From contig JANWXU010000001.1 in NCBI GenBank assembly GCA_025057395.1, positions 1,660 through 65,659 on the forward strand: a DNA stretch of 64,000 nt, read 5' to 3'. The translations under genes were made by a program, and so were the position numbers. The DNA is from Bacteroidia bacterium (GTDB taxonomy: Bacteria; Bacteroidota; Bacteroidia; J057; JANWXU01). Shown in pieces: positions 48,301 through 56,432 of the stretch (the stretch's first letter is position 1; each line of letters begins with the position of its first letter). Under the pieces are notes generated by a model. The model was not told where the DNA came from and made no database searches. It saw only the letters and a program-made list of their open reading frames with translations.

Positions 48301-48694
48301 AACCATGAGTAAGCCACGTATAAATGTTGAAAATTTTGTTCAGGAGTTGGATTTAGCAGAAGAAAGAGAAAAAGATAATCCTAACCCTACCCCTTCTTCT
48401 ACTTCCATTGATGATCTATTAGAAAGATTTAAAAAATTCGAACCAACCATCTATCAAAATATAGAGGCTAGAAGTTGGAATTCCACCTCCACCTATTCGA
48501 GCTTTCAGATTCTTGAAAATGATATAGAGGAGGAGCAGGAAGAAAATGAGTATGTTACAGAAACATTAGCTAAAATTCATATTAAGCAGGGCAATAAAGA
48601 AAAGGCAATTAAAATATATAAGAAATTAATGTTGAAATTTCCTGAAAAAAGCAGTTACTTTGAAAAACAAATTCAGCAATTGAAAGAATCTTAG
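45305..48694 (+). CDS. Very large acidic low-complexity protein with conserved termini and a C-terminal TPR-like helix pair
   Basis: 1129-aa uninterrupted ORF. The middle is rich in E, S, Q and T. It has four S-[FM]-x-R-F-[VI]-x-P-D-F motifs. The C-terminus TETLAKIHIKQGNKEKAIKIYKKLMLKFPEKSSYFEKQIQQL is TPR-like. Confidence 0.7.
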   Translation: MRPLVLLDKCIHEKLTLAEKAWLINQSEKYPYFSLLHFIQARNATLSEDTKKTNLQALGAIYATDRLRYAEFIQAIPSIGIAPFPEIVEADSSATTASSNLAGYEQKLEPEESIQNILLPKLESESLNTPPVSVQSTGNIEEIETQGLAPPSLFTFSQEEVSGESSGIESPILLFQTQELGEECVYISRRLERLLLIAINVHIYIYSEVRKQLSDYLTAQEVNELLQIETSHSQEFSQLQGSQEVVTQKISSELQQMTDEAVVSQQQELCQQASSLKDSMYEEKSSLTQSNIQPEVDDELCSWEVPTYSLRNAYLHSLQQPFGNQVSEAGAQPVVDPQAQEQFIAQPISNEAVIEEFVKIYENSNTTDLDFFNRDKAAQKSDIQLSSDEEPQEGWYSYLQKHPLRTSSFDRFVEPDFANLKRTQESPSSPKKEFQESKEGEVYLNRNFFLEQESDTKENVLKGKDLQGSKQEQNINLVLYESATVFEQFSPTAVDNTSVKDSAFSVSSQPEKVTSESMKRFILPDFGPEGTKILELHSTDSEKKGVQDQGAAVEFSGINTEARSESTSLTANPIVEPISSPSFRRFVVPDFGTHSISLSPPAFQESISSDIQEDKKSLARDRTQNLQEFAVQSSMEASCTRQENGEEAISNFSNVSESGEQSIEVCSQQSAELAEWVQGFSSEQALEQNVVLISGVEKVTAVDPLVSHLKKNEEEKTSEQRLLQPVRTESFNRFVEPDFASNPFARLRLEEKSFPLEPATTDAEQATNAKIQEYSVRTEKENKNWGAINYKYKNWQFEIIVKPEHAQFIAPSEVKEGISNFTSSPTSAPEESITLQAAECLTPEGEMNLETDFQTGQNLVQNSFQTATLQDTVPVVEQQLKNSEELENETNIYIKGEADFQKEVVEQSMEQISTTTELTDFFSWASATSTTSVFSNKAPLLEEDDYYISTEALLATSVDERIDRFKKNLDRIRKKSNPLNNVDINILEFQQRFLETLAQTMSKPRINVENFVQELDLAEEREKDNPNPTPSSTSIDDLLERFKKFEPTIYQNIEARSWNSTSTYSSFQILENDIEEEQEENEYVTETLAKIHIKQGNKEKAIKIYKKLMLKFPEKSSYFEKQIQQLKES

Positions 48695-48704
48695 TGTAAG
48701 TATT

Positions 48705-49076
48705 ATGGAAGTACTGATATATATATTTGTAGGTATATTAATCATTGTTTGCTCTTGTCTTATTTTCTTAGTAGTTATCCAAAATAGCAAGGGAGGAGGT
48801 CTTTCTACAAGTATTAATATAACCAATACAGCTGCTCAAATTATTGGGGTGCGAAAGGCGGCAGATTTAGTAGAAAAAGCTACGTGGTGGTTCATTGGAA
48901 TAATAGCTGGCCTTACTTTTGTTATTAACTTTAGTATTTTTGCTAATAGTGGCGGGGATACCGGAGGATTAATTATGAAGGAGGCTATTCAAAAGCAAGG
49001 AGGGGCTCCTACGCAAGCGCCTGGTAATAATACACAACCCCAAGGTTCTCCTCAGCAAACGCCTACTAACCCATAA
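48705..49076 (+). CDS. secG: Preprotein translocase subunit SecG
   Basis: Two TM helices flanking the signature QNSKGGGLS. Gln/Pro-rich tail. Confidence 0.8.
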   Translation: MEVLIYIFVGILIIVCSCLIFLVVIQNSKGGGLSTSINITNTAAQIIGVRKAADLVEKATWWFIGIIAGLTFVINFSIFANSGGDTGGLIMKEAIQKQGGAPTQAPGNNTQPQGSPQQTPTNP

Positions 49077-49113
49077 ACCGTTGGATATAGAATATTGAAT
49101 TTGTGACAGAATT

Positions 49114-51132
49114 ATGGAGCTAAGTACTCAAGTGGTTTCTGCAGCTGCTCCTATGATTCAGTACGATCGTAGGAACTACTCCGATGACCTCCTGATACAA
49201 CTTTATAAAGGGCTTTTAAAACCCCGGATGATAGAAGAAAAAATGTTGATTTTATTAAGGCAAAATAAAATTAGTAAGTGGTTTTCGGGTATTGGTCAAG
49301 AGGCTATTGCTGTGGGGGCCACTATGGCGTTAAAAAAGGAAGATTACATTTTCCCTTTACATAGAAATTTGGGGGTTTTCACTGCCCGCGGCGTGCCGCT
49401 AGTTAAGCTGTTTTGCCAGTGGCAAGGTAAGAAAAATGGGTTTACAAAGGGCAGGGATCGTTCCTTTCATTTTGGCACCAAAGAATATAAAATTATCGGG
49501 ATGATTTCTCATTTGGGGGCAATGTTAGGAGTGGCCGATGGTACGTCTCTGGCAAGTAATCTTAGCGGTCAAGACTTTATTTCATTGGCTTTTTCAGGTG
49601 ACGGAGGGGCAAGTGAAGGGGACTTTCATGAGGCTATAAATACTGCGGCAGTGTGGGACCTTCCTGTAATTTTCCTAATCGAAAATAACGGTTATGGACT
49701 AAGTACACCCTCGAGTGAGCAATTTCGGTGTAAAAATTTTATTGATAAGGCGATTGGGTATGGCATAGAAGGATATTTGGTAGATGGCAATAATATTCTA
49801 GATGTGTACCATACGGTTCAGCAGATAGCGGAGCAAATGCGAAAAAATAGGAAGCCTGTTCTTTTAGAGGCAATTACTTTTCGGATGCGTGGCCATGAAG
49901 AAGCTTCAGGCACTAAGTATGTACCCTCCGAATTAATTCAAGAATGGCAAAAAAAGGATCCACTCACTAACTATGAAGCTTATCTATTGAATATTGGAGT
50001 TTTAACGCCGGCATTAGTCTCCCAGTTTCGGCAAGAGATAAAGGAAGAAATTGATAGAGCTTTAGAAATTACTTTTGCAACCCCCGATATTGTTCCTAAT
50101 ACTCAGGAAGAATTAGCAGACGTATATGCCCCATCACCTTTGTATGAAGTTGTGCCGCAAGGTCCTTTAGTAAAAAAACGGTTTGTAGACGCAATTTCAG
50201 ATGCGTTACGTATTGGAATGGAGCGCAATTCTAAGATAATTTTGATGGGACAAGATATTGCTGAATATGGCGGAGTGTTTAAAGTAACAGAAGGTTTGGT
50301 ATCGCAGTTTGGTAAAGCTAGGGTTCGCAATACGCCCTTATGTGAGTCTGCAATTATTGCCTGTGGTTTAGGTTTAAGCTTAGAAGGGTATTTGGCGATT
50401 ATAGAAATGCAATTTGCTGATTTTGTTTCCTGTGGTTTTAATCAAATTGTGAATAATTTAGCAAAAACGCACTACCGCTGGGGCCATGCTGTGAGTGTGA
50501 TTATTCGTATGCCCACAGGGGCGGGTGTAGCGGCAGGTCCTTTTCATTCACAAAGCAATGAAGCTTGGTTTTTTCACACCCCAGGGCTCAAGTTAGTATA
50601 TCCTTCCACTGTATATGACGCCAAAGGTTTACTTCTAGCGGCTATGGAAGAAAAAAATCCAGTAATTTTTTTTGAGCATAAAAAGCTTTACAGAAGTATT
50701 CAAGAGGAGGTCCCACAAGGATATTATACTGTTCCATTAGGCAAAGCACGAATAGTACAGGAGGGAGAAGATTTAACTATTGTAGCTTATGGGTGGGCAG
50801 TGCACTGGGCAATAGATAATGTAAAATTATTTCCTCATAGTAGCATAGAAATCATAGACTTACGTACCCTTTTGCCCTGGGATAAAGAAACAGTAATGGC
50901 TTCTTTGCGTAAGACTGGGAAGTGTTTAATACTCCACGAAGACACCCTAACAGGTGGTATAGGTGCTGAAATTTGTGCTTTTCTTCAAGAAGAAATGTTT
51001 CAATGGCTAGATGCCCCTATAATGCGTTTAGGGGCGCTTGATACACCCGTACCTTTCAATGCAGAGCTGGAAAATAATTTTTTGCCTATCCACCGTTTAT
51101 ATGACAAAATAAAGGTACTTTTGGAATATTAA
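49114..51132 (+). CDS. Fused alpha/beta E1 component of a 2-oxoacid (branched-chain/pyruvate-type) dehydrogenase
   Basis: The N-terminal half has the TPP-binding motif FSGDGGASEGDFHEAINTAAVWDLPVIFLIENNGYGLSTP. The C-terminal half is E1-beta/transketolase-like (GQDIAEYGGVFKVT..., ...PTGAGVAAGPFHSQS). Confidence 0.85.
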   Translation: MELSTQVVSAAAPMIQYDRRNYSDDLLIQLYKGLLKPRMIEEKMLILLRQNKISKWFSGIGQEAIAVGATMALKKEDYIFPLHRNLGVFTARGVPLVKLFCQWQGKKNGFTKGRDRSFHFGTKEYKIIGMISHLGAMLGVADGTSLASNLSGQDFISLAFSGDGGASEGDFHEAINTAAVWDLPVIFLIENNGYGLSTPSSEQFRCKNFIDKAIGYGIEGYLVDGNNILDVYHTVQQIAEQMRKNRKPVLLEAITFRMRGHEEASGTKYVPSELIQEWQKKDPLTNYEAYLLNIGVLTPALVSQFRQEIKEEIDRALEITFATPDIVPNTQEELADVYAPSPLYEVVPQGPLVKKRFVDAISDALRIGMERNSKIILMGQDIAEYGGVFKVTEGLVSQFGKARVRNTPLCESAIIACGLGLSLEGYLAIIEMQFADFVSCGFNQIVNNLAKTHYRWGHAVSVIIRMPTGAGVAAGPFHSQSNEAWFFHTPGLKLVYPSTVYDAKGLLLAAMEEKNPVIFFEHKKLYRSIQEEVPQGYYTVPLGKARIVQEGEDLTIVAYGWAVHWAIDNVKLFPHSSIEIIDLRTLLPWDKETVMASLRKTGKCLILHEDTLTGGIGAEICAFLQEEMFQWLDAPIMRLGALDTPVPFNAELENNFLPIHRLYDKIKVLLEY

Positions 51133-51292
51133 AGTTATAGGCGGGGAAGAAAAGTATATTTGAGTAGTTTTTTGAGATTATATATACACCGTGGCTCAGT
51201 TTTACAGTATAGAGCTTTTTGTTTAAAATATTTTTTTAACTTTGCGCTGTTCAAAGGGGTAAGGACTTAAGAGGCGGTTGAACTAAAACTTA

Positions 51293-52177
51293 ATGCATAT
51301 GGGCAAAAAGGTAAGATATACATTTGATCCTGTCTCTATTCAATATGTGGAGGTAAAGAGTAGTTGGAGAAAAATTTGTGGTAGGTACTTAGCGAAGCTA
51401 GTGGTTGCAGCTTTTTTTTCTTATGCCACTTACCCTTTGTGGATTCAATTAGAAGAGATTAACATTCAACACGAAACTAAAGCCGCTTACCGCCATATTG
51501 CCCTGCAATACAAAGAACTAACTCAATTGGAAAAAAAATTAAATAAAGTACATAATAACGATCAGAATTTCTATAGAAGCATTCTAAATCAAAAGCGCAT
51601 TGAAAAGAGTATTTGGGAAGGAGGTACGGGTGGTACTGTAAATAATACAATGCCAAGTATTCCATTGCTTGCTAAGGTAAAGGGCTTAATTCAAAAGTTA
51701 GACCACAAATTTAAGGTTCAGCAAGAAAGCTTTGCGGCTATCCAAAAAATAGCTCAAGAAAAGTCTCAAGAGCTCAAGCATATACCTGCTATTATCCCCG
51801 TATTTGGCAGGATTGTCAGTGGTTTTGGGTATCGTAATGATCCTTTTTTTGGGTATGGACACTTTCATGCAGGCATTGATATAGTAGCACAGGTAGGTAC
51901 TCCAGTAAAAGCATCTGCCGATGGGATCATTAAAACGGCGGGTATTCCTGAGGTTGGGTATGGCTTGCAGATTGAAGTAGATCATGGGTACGGCTACGTT
52001 ACAAAATATGCCCACCTTTCGGCTCTTAACGTTAGAGTAGGCCAGAAGGTAAAAAGAGGTGATATCATTGGATATACTGGAAATTCTGGATATTCTACTG
52101 GACCACATTTGCATTACGAAGTAATTAAGAACGGTATTAAGGTCAATCCTTACGATTACTTTTATTCTGAATATTAA
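51293..52177 (+). CDS. M23-family (LytM-type) peptidoglycan metalloendopeptidase
   Basis: HAGIDI, VDHGYGYVTKYAHL and GNSGYSTGPHLHYEV. N-terminal TM helix plus coiled coil. Confidence 0.85.
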   Translation: MHMGKKVRYTFDPVSIQYVEVKSSWRKICGRYLAKLVVAAFFSYATYPLWIQLEEINIQHETKAAYRHIALQYKELTQLEKKLNKVHNNDQNFYRSILNQKRIEKSIWEGGTGGTVNNTMPSIPLLAKVKGLIQKLDHKFKVQQESFAAIQKIAQEKSQELKHIPAIIPVFGRIVSGFGYRNDPFFGYGHFHAGIDIVAQVGTPVKASADGIIKTAGIPEVGYGLQIEVDHGYGYVTKYAHLSALNVRVGQKVKRGDIIGYTGNSGYSTGPHLHYEVIKNGIKVNPYDYFYSEY

Positions 52178-52315
52178 CCCCCATTGGTTTACTAATTAAA
52201 TACCCCTTATTTGCTCCTTTTCCAGCTTAAAAATACGAATTAACCTTGTGCATTAGGAAAAATCTTTATATTTCTATGTAAGGCATTCATTATCAACACT
52301 TTAAATAAAAAATAC

Positions 52316-53251
52316 TTATTCTCCAATGCCGTATTTATAAAATTCCCATTGAAATATCATTTTATCATCGCCACAAGAAATTAACTGCCCCTGGGAGAGC
52401 CATAAAATCCTATTGACACTTGCTACATGTCCTTCTTCTCTAGTCCTATCCACTACTTTAACTAGTCTTAAGAAGGGCGCTTCCCATAATTTTATAGTAC
52501 CATCCATGCTTGCGCTGGCTAAGTATTGCCCGCTTGGAGAAAGAGCTATTTGATTAATGGCAAAATGATGGGCAGGCAGCGCTTCTACTTTCTTAAAAGA
52601 AGTAGTATCCCATACTACAATATACGCATCTCTACCAGCAGAATATAAAAGTTCTTCTGTTTTTGAGAAACAAATTGAAAAAACACTACTAGTATGGTAC
52701 TCTAGCACTTGAATAAGTTCTAAAGAGGGAAACCGATAAATGCGAATTTTAGAATCACTTCCTGCAATTGCTAAGAGGCTCTTTTTTTCTGCAAAAGCTG
52801 CGCAGCGCAAATTGTTACTACTAAGTTGTAGTTGGGTTATGCAGCTAAACGAATTTAAGTCGAAGCAAAGCAAGTACCCCCAACCTGTGCATGCCACTAG
52901 TAAATTAGGAGGTAGGTAACAAAAATTAAATATGGGGCGGTTTACTACTCGCGTGCTCTTAATAAGCTTTTTTTGGGCAAGATTATAAAAGTGAGTACTC
53001 CCATCAATTTGACCTACTACCAATAAATCTTGCTGTTCTATTATTTCCAGAGAATATATAGGGAGTGGGGCTTTAAGAGCCGCACCCACATTTTCTCCTG
53101 TTTGGCTGTTCCAAACTGCCACGAATCCGTCTCCACCGGCTGAAAAAAACTGGTTTAATTTTTCATATTTTGCTAATGCATAAATATTTTGACTATGTCC
53201 TGTATATTCATATAATTTTTTAGCTTTAATTCTTACTATCATCTTTAGCAA
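52316..53251 (-). CDS. WD40-repeat (beta-propeller) protein
   Basis: Repeated ~40-aa units ending in WD/W-x motifs (GDGFVAVWN, DAYIVVWD, MDGTIKLWE, DDKMIFQWE). No signal peptide. Confidence 0.75.
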   Translation of the reverse strand: MLKMIVRIKAKKLYEYTGHSQNIYALAKYEKLNQFFSAGGDGFVAVWNSQTGENVGAALKAPLPIYSLEIIEQQDLLVVGQIDGSTHFYNLAQKKLIKSTRVVNRPIFNFCYLPPNLLVACTGWGYLLCFDLNSFSCITQLQLSSNNLRCAAFAEKKSLLAIAGSDSKIRIYRFPSLELIQVLEYHTSSVFSICFSKTEELLYSAGRDAYIVVWDTTSFKKVEALPAHHFAINQIALSPSGQYLASASMDGTIKLWEAPFLRLVKVVDRTREEGHVASVNRILWLSQGQLISCGDDKMIFQWEFYKYGIGE

Positions 53252-53305
53252 TTTACTCTTTGTTTAGAATGATTCTAAATAGCAATATAAGTTATTTTGT
53301 TCAAA

Positions 53306-53704
53306 ATGCAGAAACAGCGTAGGAAATTTTTGGGTTTTCTTGCTGGTTGGATAGCAGGAGCGCTACAGGGTTGCAATTTTATAGAGGAGAAAGAATTAAT
53401 TGCTGGCCAATTAGCCAATTTAGCTTTTGAAAAGTACTGGCTGCGCGAATTTAATGGTAAAAGAATAATTATCTTTTATAACCAGGGCGAGCCTTATACT
53501 CTTAGCCTGGTATGTACACATAAAAAATGTACGGTTCGTTACCGAGCAAGTGAAGGACAATTTATTTGTCCTTGTCACAAAGGGCGGTACGATATCCACG
53601 GGAACGTTCTTAGCGGTAAACCCCCTAAGCCATTAGCAAAGTACAAAACAATAATAAGGCCCCCATATGTTGTAGTTTTGAACCAAATAATTAATGAGCA
53701 ATAA
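53306..53704 (+). CDS. Small Rieske [2Fe-2S] protein with a twin-arginine signal and lipobox
   Basis: MQKQRRKFLGFLAGWIAGALQGC (Tat motif RRxFL plus Cys). Rieske ligands CTHKKC ... CPCHKGRY. ATG at 53306 preferred over the TTG at 53297. Confidence 0.8.
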   Translation: MQKQRRKFLGFLAGWIAGALQGCNFIEEKELIAGQLANLAFEKYWLREFNGKRIIIFYNQGEPYTLSLVCTHKKCTVRYRASEGQFICPCHKGRYDIHGNVLSGKPPKPLAKYKTIIRPPYVVVLNQIINEQ

Positions 53705-53770
53705 AGAGTATTTTGGGCTTATGGGTTCTTTTTGTAACTTGCTTGGAAAAATTGCTTACTTCAAGGGTAT

Positions 53771-56416
53771 ATGCAACTCGGCTTAATTTTATTTTTAATA
53801 TTGCTTGGATTTCAGCATAGAGGCTTAGGCTGGAGTTGGGGGATATCGACTAATTTTAATTCTAACCAAAAATGTTTTTATGTGAAAGAAGATATATTTT
53901 GGAAAAAAAAGAAAAAGAAATCAGAAAGTACTACTGCTCCTAAAGATTCTATCAAAAAAAATTCTATTGAGGAAAAAATTAAATCTTGTCGAGCTTACAA
54001 AGGCCTTTTTACATTGTACCAAGATACTATAAATGGTACTACTTACATGCTTATAAAGAAAGAGCAATTAGAAAAGGAATACATTTACTTTTGTTATGTA
54101 GAGAATGGAATTGTAGAAACAGGGCACTTCCGAGGTAATTTTAGGGATAATAAAATTTTTAAATTATCTCGTTATTTTGATAGAATAGAGTGGAAAACGC
54201 AAAATACAAGTTTTTACTTTGATAAAAAAAATCCTCTTGCACGCTCTGCAGACGCCAATATTAATGAGGCCTTGCTAGTGAGTCAGAAAATTATTGCTGA
54301 AGATACTAGCAATGGCAGAATGTTAGTAGATGCGGCTGCCTTTTTTTTATCGGAAAATTTACACCAAATTAAGCCCTCTATTAATCCTACAGCTAATCGT
54401 GCTCAAATTTTTACTTTAGGCACACTTAACCGTGAAAAAACCAAATATTATAGAATTAAAAGTTATCCACAAAATACGGATGTGGTAGTCAAATATGTCT
54501 ATGATTTGCCAGAGCCAATAGTATATGGTTCGCCTGCTGTGACAGACGCGCGCTCCGTAAGCATAATGATACAACATAGCTTTATTGAAGTTCCGCAAAA
54601 TAATTTTGTTCCTCGTTTTGAAGATCCTAGGGTAGGTTTTTTTACTACTGAAGTTACCGACCAAACTACTACTGCAGCTATTCCTTACCGAGACCCTATT
54701 CATCGCTGGCATTTAGAGAAAAGAGACTCGAGCGCTAAAATTTCAGAGCCTAAAGAGCCAATAGTTTTTTGGATAGAAAATACTACTCCTTATGAGTTTC
54801 GAGAGACTATAAAGGAAGCAGTGCTGGCTTGGAATGAGGCTTTTGAAGCAGCAGGGTTTCGTAATGCTATTGAGGTGAGGGTGCAGCCAGATACTGCTAG
54901 TTGGGATGCGGGAGATATTCGTTATAACGTTATTCGTTGGACTTCCTCGCCGGTTCCCCCCTTTGGGGGCTATGGACCTAGTTTTGTTAACCCTAGAACA
55001 GGTCAAATTTTAGGGGCTGACATCATGCTGGAATTTGTTTATATTACTAATCGTCTAAAAGCACAAAAGTTTTTTGAGCGTGCTGCAATGGATGAAGAAT
55101 ACGAAGAGGCTAATTTTTACCAAAGTCCTTATCATTGCTCTTTGGGTAGGCGGCACCATCAATCTATATTGCTAGGGCACTATTATCTAGAAGCTTTTGG
55201 GGAAGAACTGAATATCGATAGAAATGAATTTATAAGGCAAGCTCTTAAAGAGTTAGTACTTCACGAAGTAGGGCATACGCTAGGGCTTATGCATAACATG
55301 AAGGCTAGTAATCTTTATTCTCCCGCTGAAATTAATAATAAGTTTGTTACCCAAGCTACAGGGCTCATTAGTTCAGTGATGGATTATGCCGTGGTCAACA
55401 TTTCGCCTGATCCTAGTAAGCAGGGGGATTTTTTTACTATACGTCCTGGCCCCTACGATAAATGGGCAATTGAATATGGCTACTCTACTGCCCACCCTGA
55501 CCCTAACGAAGAGAAAAAGAGGCTAGAAAGAATTTTAGCTCGCTCAACAGAACCCCCCCTTATGTTTGGAAATGATGCTGATGATATGCGTTTCCCAGGT
55601 TCTGGGATAGACCCCCGTTGTATGGTAGATGATTTAACAAATGATGCTATTACTTATTCCGCAGATCGTATTAAACTTTGTAACCAAATTATTGGTCGAT
55701 TAAAGGATAAATATAGTACCAATGGAAAGTCTTATCAAGAGCTTTTGAATGGGTATTTGATAGCTACAGGCGCTATTCGGCAAGCAGCTTCTGTTATTTC
55801 GCGTTTTATTGGCGGGGTATATGTAGACCGTGCTTTTGTAGGCCAGGCAGGGGCCACGCAGCCTTATCGCCCTGTACCCTATGAAGAGCAAAGAAGAGCT
55901 ATGCGTATTTTAAATGAATTGATTTTTGGCCCTCAAGCTTTTCCTGCTCCTAGAGAGTTATATGCTTATTTACAGCCTCAGCGCCGAGGTTATAATTTTT
56001 TTGGGGTTAATGAAGATCCTAAAATTCATGAGCGAATTTTAAATATTCAGCGCAGCGTACTAGCTCATCTTTTGCACCCTAATACTCTCAAGCGAATTAA
56101 TGATACAAGATTGTATGGTAACCAGTATACCTTAGTGGAAGTTTTGCAAGACTTAACTAATAGTATTTTTCAGGGAGATTTAGAAAATCCTAGTACTATA
56201 AGGCAAAATTTACAGATAGAATATGTAAACCAGTTGCTCCAAATTGCAGGCTTGAAAGATGAAAAGTCTACACACGATAATATAGCTCAAGCCCTGGCTT
56301 ATCAAAATTTATTAAATATTAGAAAGCTGATTGCTACTCCTATTGCTCGGGACGAAATACAGGCTCATCGAAACTATATTCTTTTTTTAATTGATAAAGC
56401 TATGGAAAAAGACTAG
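53771..56416 (+). CDS. Large secreted zinc-dependent metalloprotease (DUF5117/DUF4953-type, met-zincin-like)
   Basis: Signal peptide. Zinc site LVLHEVGHTLGLMHNM. The overall 880-aa architecture is as in the Bacteroidota 'zinc-dependent metalloprotease' family. Confidence 0.8.
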   Translation: MQLGLILFLILLGFQHRGLGWSWGISTNFNSNQKCFYVKEDIFWKKKKKKSESTTAPKDSIKKNSIEEKIKSCRAYKGLFTLYQDTINGTTYMLIKKEQLEKEYIYFCYVENGIVETGHFRGNFRDNKIFKLSRYFDRIEWKTQNTSFYFDKKNPLARSADANINEALLVSQKIIAEDTSNGRMLVDAAAFFLSENLHQIKPSINPTANRAQIFTLGTLNREKTKYYRIKSYPQNTDVVVKYVYDLPEPIVYGSPAVTDARSVSIMIQHSFIEVPQNNFVPRFEDPRVGFFTTEVTDQTTTAAIPYRDPIHRWHLEKRDSSAKISEPKEPIVFWIENTTPYEFRETIKEAVLAWNEAFEAAGFRNAIEVRVQPDTASWDAGDIRYNVIRWTSSPVPPFGGYGPSFVNPRTGQILGADIMLEFVYITNRLKAQKFFERAAMDEEYEEANFYQSPYHCSLGRRHHQSILLGHYYLEAFGEELNIDRNEFIRQALKELVLHEVGHTLGLMHNMKASNLYSPAEINNKFVTQATGLISSVMDYAVVNISPDPSKQGDFFTIRPGPYDKWAIEYGYSTAHPDPNEEKKRLERILARSTEPPLMFGNDADDMRFPGSGIDPRCMVDDLTNDAITYSADRIKLCNQIIGRLKDKYSTNGKSYQELLNGYLIATGAIRQAASVISRFIGGVYVDRAFVGQAGATQPYRPVPYEEQRRAMRILNELIFGPQAFPAPRELYAYLQPQRRGYNFFGVNEDPKIHERILNIQRSVLAHLLHPNTLKRINDTRLYGNQYTLVEVLQDLTNSIFQGDLENPSTIRQNLQIEYVNQLLQIAGLKDEKSTHDNIAQALAYQNLLNIRKLIATPIARDEIQAHRNYILFLIDKAMEKD

Positions 56417-56432
56417 TTTTTAGAGGAAATAA

